A stretch of DNA of 64,000 nucleotides, from the NCBI RefSeq assembly GCF_009914755.1, contig NC_060937.1; one strand, 5' to 3'. The stretch is from the human T2T-CHM13v2.0 reference genome, Homo sapiens. The notes under the pieces were generated by a model, which was not told the origin of the DNA, did no database searches, and was given only the letters and a program-made list of their open reading frames with translations. A program made the position numbers and the translations under genes. Of the stretch, positions 54,760-64,000 are shown in pieces; the stretch's first letter is position 1; each line of letters starts with the position of its first letter.

Positions 54760-54970
54760 TAGCAGCTTGAGTCCTGGAAGCACAATCCCTGGTTCAAATC
54801 TCTGTTCTGTCACTTACTGGTAAGAATACCATGAACAAGTTACTTAACATTTCAAAATTTTGATTTGCTCATCATTTAATTAGGTAAAATAATCATAATA
54901 CAATCCCGCCTTGGGTTGTGGCAAGGACAAAATTATATTATCCCAGTAACTTTTTTACGGTGTCTAGGAA
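54760..54970 (+). mobile_element. MIR
   Basis: cctggttcaaatctctgttctgtcacttact...gaacaagttacttaac...gggttgtg. Confidence 0.65.
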
Positions 54971-56254
54971 AAAAACATAATTAACAAGCCATCAATTTAT
55001 AGTCGATATGACACATACATAAATGCATTGTTGTTGTTATATTTAACTGAAAAGGTGCTTTGTAGTTGAACAATAGTATTTAATGTCAAACTTTCTTTAT
55101 CACAAGTTCAAAGAGGTGCTGGCAGGGAAGTCTAGGTAGAGAGAGTAGTTACCAAGAAGAGGTGACAAATGGTTCTGCTCACCAAAGAGGGCCAATGCGT
55201 GCATGAATTTAACTGCTGAAACAGGCATTAGTAATCTGAAGCATCATTGTTAAAACGAAGTAAATTTTATCCACAGCCTCGAAAACAGTCTTCATGATTC
55301 TGGCCATTTTCATTCGAATGGTAAAGGCAACGTAGCCTGGATAGTAATGCCTGGCCACACTGAAGAATTTTGTCTAGTGAGCAAGGATTACAAGGAATTG
55401 TATGATTTACTATGAAAATAAGTAGTTTTTAAAATGCAATCAGTACTTACTCTATGATAATCTTTGTTTTATGTATCATGGAGTACACAAAAATAACACG
55501 GTTCACTTTAATTTTACAAAATTTCTTTTTATTGTGGCTTTTTGCCCTTTCCTCTAAATTCCTTCACAAACTGAAAATGTAATACACGAATAATACTAAG
55601 AAATTTCATGGACATACAATTCACATTGGACCTTGAAGGATGTTACAATTTTTACATTATCAGTATAAGAAATATTAAAAATGCCTGGTATAGGTTGAAT
55701 GCAACCCAAACATGGGCAAGGTACTAATATTATCATTCACCATTATAAATGACATTCTTTCATGTTTTTATTATGGTTGGTTATGTAATTAATTAGGATC
55801 CATAATGAATGTTGGGTCTCAATTACTCAAGTTGTAATTTAATAAACTAACATGTCACCCAAGAAATATTATTGCACTTTGTTATGCTAAAGTCAATGCC
55901 TCCTTAAAAGTATTCTACTAAAAAAATCATTTCTTTTTGCTTTTGTTTTTGTTAGGGGGAGTCTTGAAATAACCTTATTTCAGTATAAAAAGAAATAAAA
56001 CTATTTTAAAGACCTTCTTCCCAGGAAATCTATGTTGACTCTTTTGCTTAATAATGCATATACTTTTTATGTAGTAGCATTTTTTGTTTCCTCCTAGAAT
56101 TGATTGCTGAAAGTTAAAAGCACTTATGACAAATTCATTTAATTCATTCTCTTCTTTGAAAACTTACCAAGCAGTACTGATTTTAAATGCTTCATTTACC
56201 TAGATATTTTATCCCTTCATGTTTTCAGTGTGTTTATGCTTCTTTAAAAAACAG

Positions 56255-56261
56255 GATAGAC

Positions 56262-56308
<47 letters not shown>

Positions 56309-56330
56309 CAGATAGATACATAGAAAGATA
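56255..56330. repeat. (GATA)n STR with GACA variants
   Basis: direct reading. Confidence 0.95.
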
Positions 56331-56669
56331 CATGGACAGATGACAGAAATAGCTATGTAGATAGAGACATTGTCAAAGTCCTAATTTATGCCATGTCAAA
56401 ACTCATAATTTTGTTAAATAAATATATTTAACAGCCTTATTAAAATTTAGGTTTAGACATTGTCTAAAGTTATACAAAATTTTTATTATTTTTACAACTG
56501 CCCATTTAATATTGGCTTTGACTATACGCAATATAATATATATATGTTTTCAAGATAACAATTTTATAATGTTATATTTGGAAAATTTATGTATCTCTGA
56601 ATACTTCTACTCTTCTCTTATCTCTCATGACTATTTAATCACCTTATTGCAGTAGTACAATTTAATTGT

Positions 56670-56886
56670 AAAACACATAATTAAGCAATCTAAGTTTGAA
56701 TTTCTGCTCTAATATTTCAACCTGTGATTTCTGATAAGTTACTTACTTCTCTTTCTCTGTGTGTGTTTCTTATAGGTAAAATTGCATAAAAATAGCAACT
56801 ACCTCCTGGGAATTTTATATGATTGAGTAAGATGCTTTATAAAATGAGCTTGACAACCGAGTACTTAATGAATGTTAGCTATTATT
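56670..56886 (+). mobile_element. MIR
   Basis: gtttgaatttctgctct...ctgtga...aagttactta...aaatagcaactacctc...tacttaatgaatgttagctattatt. Confidence 0.65.
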
Positions 56887-57037
56887 CTTAAACCAACTGT
56901 ACTTTGAAAGTTTTTCTTACCTCCATAATTCAATTCAGAACTTCATTATTAGTTTCCCTGTTGTATTAGTCCATTTTCTGTTGCTATAACCGAATACCAC
57001 AGACTGGGTAATTTATAAAGAGTAGATAATTATTTAT

Positions 57038-57369
57038 GACTAGAGACTGCCTGCAAAGTGACACAAGCAATGCCAGATCTAGGCCAGTAGGGGCCTGTAG
57101 TGTCCTATTCTGTCATATGACAGACATCTGACTATAAAAACTTTTAAGACGTTTTTTCTAACTTTATAGGTTATCCATTCCAAAACAAAGATGAATTCCT
57201 TTTGAGTAACTTTAGCCTTCTATAATTTAACTTTTATGCTGTAGCAGTGGGTTGACAGAACTATGCATCTGTCATTCAATTCTTAATAAAAAAGATGTAA
57301 ACATCTTAATATACATATATAATGTATGATGCTTTAAAATATATATAAATAAAAACTTCTCTTCCAACT
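57038..57369 (+). repeat. dispersed direct repeat, copy B (inserted in the MST LTR)
   Basis: collinear with 40887-41165; interrupts otherwise contiguous LTR sequence. Confidence 0.93.
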
Positions 57370-57498
57370 AGTTCTGGAGGCTGGAAAGTCCAAGATCACA
57401 ACACCAGCATCTGGTGAAGGCCTTCTTGCTATATCACAACATGGTGACATGGTGGGAGTCCCATCACATGGCCAGACAGAACAAGCCTGCTACCTCAA

Positions 57499-57535
57499 TT
57501 GAGACAGGGTCTCACTCTGCTGCCCGGGCTGGAGT
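57499..57535 (-). mobile_element. 37-bp Alu 3'-end fragment without poly(A) or TSD
   Basis: ttgagacagggtctcactctgctgcccgggctggagt. Confidence 0.8.
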
Positions 57536-57699
57536 TCTTATAAAGCCACCAGTTCCAAGCTAAGGACCCCACCCTGATGACCACATCTAATCCTACTTAC
57601 CTCCCAAAGGCCCCACCTTCAAATATCATCAACATATGTATTTGGGCATTACATTGCCAACACATGAAATTTGAGGGACGTATTCAAACCATAGCATCC

Positions 57700-57880
57700 C
57701 TATTTTTTAAGTGTGGGTTATAGCCCATGAGCTGGCTGTGAAATCAATTAGTTATGTCATGATAACCTTGTCTATTAATAAAAATAAAACAAAATAGAAA
57801 AATTCATCAGAGCTTATCAAATATAGTAAGGTTAAAAATTTTGTCATGAGATTTTTAGTTATACCTGTGTGTATGTTAAT
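57700..57880. mobile_element. hAT-Charlie (Charlie4-like) fragment
   Basis: aagtgtggg...cccat...gtgaaatcaatt...aaaatagaaaa...atcagag...tagtaaggtta. Confidence 0.55.
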
Positions 57881-57912
57881 ATTTTTATACTCTAAGTTAC
57901 TTTAAATTTTTT

Positions 57913-58227
57913 ATTTTTTTATTTTATTGGCTTTTGTTTGTTTGTTTTTGAGACAGGGTCTCACTCCTGCAACCAGGCTGAGTGCAGTGCGATCTCAGCT
58001 CACTGCAGCCTCAACTTCCTGGGATCAAGTGACCCTCCCACCTCAGCCTCCTGAGTAGCTGGGACCACAGGTGTGCACCACGACGCCTGGCTAATGTTTG
58101 TATTTGTTTTAGAGACAGGGTCTCACCATGTTGCCAAGGCTAGTCTTCAACTCCTGGGCTCAAGTGATCCACCCACCTCAGCCTACCCAAGTGCTAAGAT
58201 TATAGGCATGAGCAACCGTGCCTGGCC
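57913..58227 (-). mobile_element. AluJ
   Basis: gagacagggtctcact...gctcactgcagcctcaacttcctggg...gtgcctggcc; TSD taaatttttt at 57903 and 58228. Confidence 0.93.
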
Positions 58228-59816
58228 TAAATTTTTTAAAAAGTATCATGTTAGTGTACTTACAGCTTTCCCTGAGTACTTATGGAGCATTTGACATTTC
58301 CCCATAACTAGGAATCCTACTTCCTCCAATTTCTATTTTTCTTAAGGCTGCCAGAAATAATGCTCTGAAAAATGAGTCTTTATATTTTTCCAGTTTGTTG
58401 AGAGTTGTTATTGTGAGGGTGGTCTACTTTATCAATAAAAACAAAATGTAAAATCCTTTTAAACCCTCAAATAAATGTGTCGTATAGGACTTCTTCATAA
58501 ATTACATTGAACCTATTTCTCTTGGAAGTCTATGCTCCAGTCACACTGATTTGCACATGATTTCTTAAATGTCATGTACTCTTAGACAACTTAAAGATAT
58601 TTTCCCTCCCAATTGTTTTCTTAGGTTTGTCTCTCAATATGCAGCTCAAATATCTCCTACTCAGGGGTGTCTCAACTAATTTAATGGGTAATTATTGGAT
58701 TTCTCCTCATTCATCTCACAACATTTTGTTCTTGTTGTGTTGTTTGTGTTTTTGTCTATTTAAAATAAACAGTAACATTAATAATTATGAACTAATATTA
58801 TTAGTGTATTTCATTCCATTAAAATATTGTGTGCCTCAAATTTGATTGTCAACAATGACTTTATTACTTTTGATCTAGAAAATGACATTATATTAATGAC
58901 AGCATGTTGTATTTTTCTCTCCTAAGTCAAATAATTTTAACAAACAGATTACTTGGGGAAGTGAATCACTAAAAACCAATAGCACACATTAATCATGTGA
59001 TTGATATATCAATGAAATATTATAGAAATATGGGCACTCTGACACAGCCATACCATCCAGAATTCAGTATTCTCAAAAGGCCCACTTAACTCATCTACTT
59101 TGGCAATCTTTCAATTCCCTTCCTTAAATTCAATTGAGTAATAGTTATTTGATTCCCTGTAATATTTTATTTTTTCTACATTTTGTTTTCAGAATTAACA
59201 TCACTTGAAAACATACATTGCCTTGCTCTTCTTAATTTGCCCTATTTGTATATAGCAGGCATGTCTGTGCATATAGATTTTTGGTTTTTGTTTGTTTTGT
59301 TCTGCTTTTCATTTCAGAAACAGTTAAAACAAGTTTCGTGTCACTTCCATGTTTAAGAGATAAACAGGATTTTTAAAACTAAGTTACAGCAATAATGGAG
59401 TAAAGTAGATACTTTGTTCTCATCCTTCATGAATAAGAAAACCTGAATTAAAGTGCTCCTGAGCCTTTGGACAGCAGTACACTCTTATCTGAGAAGAGGT
59501 AAGATGGAAAATCAAACTCCGATAAAATACATGTCTTCTTTTGTTTGACATGAAATATTTAAATACCTATACTTTACGAGAGGAGCTGAGAAATACTTTT
59601 CTCACTGAGTTGCACATAGCATCTATATTATTCTGTTTGGAACCTTGGCGGTGCCCAGATTTTAAAAGTCATCAACTCAGAATCATAAAATTCAAAAGAC
59701 ATTTCTTGAACTTGTCTGAAGAATCATGATCAAAGGAAAAATGTGTTTCTTAGCTGGTATAATATGAATAATAAATAAAATTTACATTGCAACAATGAAG
59801 GGGAGGCTAAAATTAA

Positions 59817-59902
59817 CACAAGTTTACCTACATAACAAACCTGTACATGTACCCCTGAATTTAAAATTTCAATAAAATTAAAAATAAATAAAAAGAAATA
59901 AA
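59817..59902 (+). mobile_element. tiny L1P 3' terminus
   Basis: agtttacctacataacaaacctgtacatgtacccctgaa.ttaaaat, then an A-rich tail. Confidence 0.75.
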
Positions 59903-60934
59903 TGTAAATTTATAATAATACATTTTATTGTTTTAAACTTTAAAAAGGTATATATTATAGTATTTGTTTTACTAATAAAAATATTCATAGTCTAACATGC
60001 CATTTTTATCAGTTTATATATTTACTGGAGGTGTGTATTCACTTCCAATCTCAGTGTAGCAATCTAAATATTTTAGAAAGTTTTGAATTTCTCAATTTTA
60101 TCATTTCATGGGCATTTTTAAGGAAAATAATCTTTGTACCAATTGCAGAGTATAGTGTAGAAAATGCAAAATATATAACGCGTAATAATTCTATTCATAG
60201 AACTCAAAATATGGTTGGAAATAACAGCATTTCAAAATGCAACAATTAGGTGAGGATAGAAACTAAACCAAAAATCCATAAAGTAGATTATCGTATAGAA
60301 GAGTGTAAAAATTTGAATTATTGATAGATATTTTAAGGTAATAATATTGAAAAAGCTTCCAAAAATGATTTAGATTCGAATAAGTGGACATAAATGTAAA
60401 GTGCACATGTAATGTAAATATTCAAATGACATTAAGACATTCGATAGTTTAAAATTGTAGAGTATCGATACAAAAAGCAACAGATTAACAGATGACAATT
60501 TATTAAAATGACTTAAGTTATTGTATACAATAATTTAACAATATACATACAATGTTACAGGAAAATAAGTAATTAGGACCAAATGTGTTTTTCCTAAGAT
60601 TTGTTCAGTTGAGAGAGAAATCATTGTGGGTGTCACATGAAGGCTGGGGGTATCTTAATAGTATTGTAATTGAGTCAATTATGACTTAAATAGATATAGC
60701 ATGATTTGAGATTATTCCATGCAAAGAAAAGAACATACTTCAAATAAATCGAATCATGGTTTACTTACAGGCAGTGACTAGCTTGGATTTATTCATGAAT
60801 TACGATTATTTTTCAATAAATATTAAAAGACAAAATTGAAAATACTGAATAGAGGCAGATTGTTGACAAATGCAAATGCCTATAAGATAAAATATAGTGA
60901 CTCATGTTATTCATTGCAGTTTATTATCATTAGT

Positions 60935-61115
60935 CCTCAAATGTACAACTTTGCAATGTCAATACATGCTCATACATATTGTGTCATTTAGTTGCCAAAA
61001 TAATTCTTTGTACAAAGTAAGCCTTAAAGAAATTGCATTATTTGCAAGTCAAGTCATACAGTTAGTAAGCGGAGGACCCAAGACCCCAATGCAAGTATGT
61101 TTAGAGCCAAATCCA
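60935..61115 (-). mobile_element. MIR
   Basis: tcatttagt...caagtcatacagttagtaagcggagga..aaga..ccc. Confidence 0.5.
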
Positions 61116-61116
61116 A

Positions 61117-61375
61117 TGTATTAATGAAGATACTTTGAGTACAAATAACAGAAATCTGAATTTAACATGGCTTAAACAATAACAAAACCCATTAACTTTA
61201 TAAGAGGAAGTTCTGAAGTGTCACAAGATACAGAGTTGATTGTTTCATTACCACACTGATTTAATCCAGGTATTTTTTTCTTCTGTCTTGTTGTCTATTA
61301 TTGGCCTTGAATTCAGCCTCAGAATGTTAGTATTTCTAGACATCACATGAAAACCTGATGATGTTCAGAAGAGAT
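61117..61375 (-). mobile_element. old MaLR LTR fragment (MLT1K-like)
   Basis: tgtatta...actttgagtacaaataacagaaa...tggcttaaacaataa...tagacatcacat. Confidence 0.5.
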
Positions 61376-64000
61376 GATGCTCAAAACATAAGTAAATAAA
61401 TGAATAAATAAACTTACAAAATGGGAATAAAAATACAAAGAAGAAAGTTTGTTAATGTAAAGACATTAAATTTATGAGAGCAGTTTTTTTGTTACATACA
61501 CATACACAGGCACACATACATTTGCATGCACCTTTGTCTTGTTACTGTAGTTCAGCAATTTGTGAATTTTATTTATTGACTTTGTTTTTCCAAAGAGACT
61601 GTATTCAAGATTGAGTATAAAATTAAATTCTATAGAAGCACTGTATAACCTAAACAATGAGTAGATCTGTAGAATTACCAAATTTTGTCAGTATACTAAT
61701 TACTGGATCATACAAGTGAGGGCATTGTATTGCTTTTTGTCAAAATCAGTTGAAAGACATGGTAGATACATTGGGATCTTAGCAATAAATTATAAAGATC
61801 AAAACAAAATGGAGGTTTGCCTAAACTGATTCCTGAAGTCAGGACACATGATATTTCACATTTTGCTTCATAAAAGTTCATCACTTTAATAAATCATCAT
61901 ATTATTTTTATTACAGTATGTAAGGTATTTTTAGCTTTTGTTTCTGATATAGCCAGTACAGAACCACCCCCCTGCCCCAAACACACACATACACTTACAC
62001 ACACCAACACTTTCCAAGTAGAGTTACATATCTCTATGTCAAGCAATAATTATTTTCTCATTTCTGGTATTGTTCTAGTTTAACTTACCCCCATGGAAAT
62101 TCTTATGGAGTTTCTAAATTTTTGATGTTGATTAATCAGTAAAGTGAGAAGTTCTACTTAAAACCCACCATGAACCAAGTAACCCAGTCTAGGTGATATC
62201 TCAACTTCATTTGATCAGTTGACAGGTGTTTGGGTAACAGAATTCCGTAAGAGTTCTTTCTCAGAATAGAAGACTATCTTAGATAAACTATTTTAATACC
62301 TTGGGGTAGCTTTTTTTAGTTGGGTACATTTTTATTAGAGAAACTATCTTGAAAGAAAGATCTACTGATTTTCATGCAGAGGTGAAAATGTATTAATTGT
62401 GATTGAAATTCAACAGAAGTATTAGCTTTATATCTCTGGGCTTTAGTTCTCAAAGGACTTTCCTACCAATAAGTACTTTCCCATTCTCTCTGACAGGCAA
62501 AATTTCTCTTGTCCTTCAAGACTCCAATGTAATTATTATTTTAAAAAAATAAGAAATTGCTCTTTCCATGTAATAGTCTATCCAATAAATATTTTATATT
62601 CAAGTGTTTCCCTCATCTGTGAAAACTATCTCAGAACTTCATATAGAGTATTCCTCTCCCTGTGAAAAATCATAGTTGTTAGTGTTCATTTTCACAATAC
62701 ACCATAATGCTCTTTCAATTATTAGAGTACTTATCATAGAACAATCTTTGAAACCTAAGCAAGTAAATTGTATCTATTGCACAGAAGATGCTAAATACTG
62801 AATAAATGAAAGTAACTCTATTAATTAGAATAAAAGCAATTTCTGAGAGGTTGAGTAATAGTTAAAAATATTATAAGATTATCATTACAGGACACAAGTC
62901 TTCTGTCATTTTAATTATTGCTCCATACTCTGAAGAAGCAATTGCAAATGTGTACTAGAATATGTCTCTGTGTATGTGAACACATAACTTACATTTCATA
63001 GTATTTTTTTTGGATTGTTCTTGAAATTACCATTAACATTGATTAGCGATTATCTGCATTAAGAGGAGACATGAAGGATTCTTCTGTTTGGGTGCACCTT
63101 ATGCTCAGATAGAGGACTTAAATAAAGTCAAATTTCAACCATTGTGGGTGTAACATGTTTAAAAGAATATTTTCAAAAAGCTTGTCTGAAATTTGCAAAA
63201 ATAACAATTCATAGAGAGCATGATATAACCATTATGATCATTTTTTGTGTAGTTTATGCTGCCTAAGGAAATTGTGTCCAAAATTGCTCTTTCGTCAGGC
63301 ATTACATTTTAGGAGAAAATAAAGTTATCTAGATTTGAGGCTGCTTAAACGTGGAATGTAAGTACACAAAATTGGAATAGAAGTGAAAATATATACAATA
63401 AAATAAATCCAGTCATTGTTTTATATTTATTAAAGCTTTGGGTAAGTTTAATAAATATTTGTCCGAGGTAAGTATCAGAACTTAAGATATTTTATTGTGG
63501 TCAGCTGTGAATACTCATTGACTTTATTACAGCCTATATTCTTTGAAGACCTATGATTATAATAGAAAGATATTTTAACATCTTCTTAGAAAATGTTATA
63601 TATGCTATCTATATAGAATTTGCTTATTTCTCCAGTCATTTAAATCTAATTCATTAAAAGTTGAATTACTGTTGTATGAAAAGGTTTTAAAATGGATCGA
63701 TTAAGATAGCTGCATTATAAGGATAGAATTTCAGTAAAGCCCAGTAAATTGAACTATCTTTAACTGTGATTTTTTTAAAAGTAATTCATTGAAATAATCA
63801 CTTATATACACACAGAGGAAATGTTGATTGATTTATAAATTAATAGTATATCAGAAAGATTTGGGTTTTAAAAAAGCATCAATTATTTTTAATTATTTAA
63901 TATTTTAAAATTTATTATATAATGCTGATAAAATTGGCACAGAGTCTCACTTGTTTCACGTAATTATTATAGTAGTGGGTAGAAAAATTGTGAGAATATA

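Larger units (their letters stand above)
56962..57696 (-). mobile_element. MST-family MaLR solo LTR carrying two foreign insertions
   Basis: tgtattagtccattttctgttgctataac.gaataccacagactgggtaatttataaag ... gttctggaggctggaaagtccaagatc ... ctcccaaaggccccacct ... attcaaaccatagca. Confidence 0.9.

Overview
AT-rich, CpG-depleted primate genomic DNA, probably hominoid/human given AluY and L1PA3-type elements. It looks like a gene desert or a long intron. I see no credible protein-coding gene: the listed ORFs are chance ORFs, microsatellite read-throughs, or Alu/L1/LTR-derived. The window is a mosaic of Alus, L1 fragments (L1PA3, L1PB, L1M), L2, MIR, one CR1/L3 reverse-transcriptase remnant, MaLR/ERV LTRs, DNA transposons (Tigger3b, MER58A, MER3, Charlie4-like) and microsatellites. 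Repeat subfamily names come from recalled consensus motifs, and boundaries of old repeats are approximate. The observations not explained by ordinary repeats are: (1) a ~280-bp non-repeat-looking segment (40887-41165) copied 16 kb away into the middle of an MST LTR (57038-57369), with junction microhomology and fold-back filler, consistent with a templated insertion; (2) a tail-less 37-bp Alu piece in the same LTR; (3) a decayed minus-strand reading frame at ~48.4-49.1 kb resembling a Ty3/Gypsy Gag capsid; (4) a head-to-head inverted Alu pair ~85 bp apart; (5) a palindrome cluster inside an L1PB; (6) two candidate non-coding exons. I found no evidence of an intact new multi-gene system.
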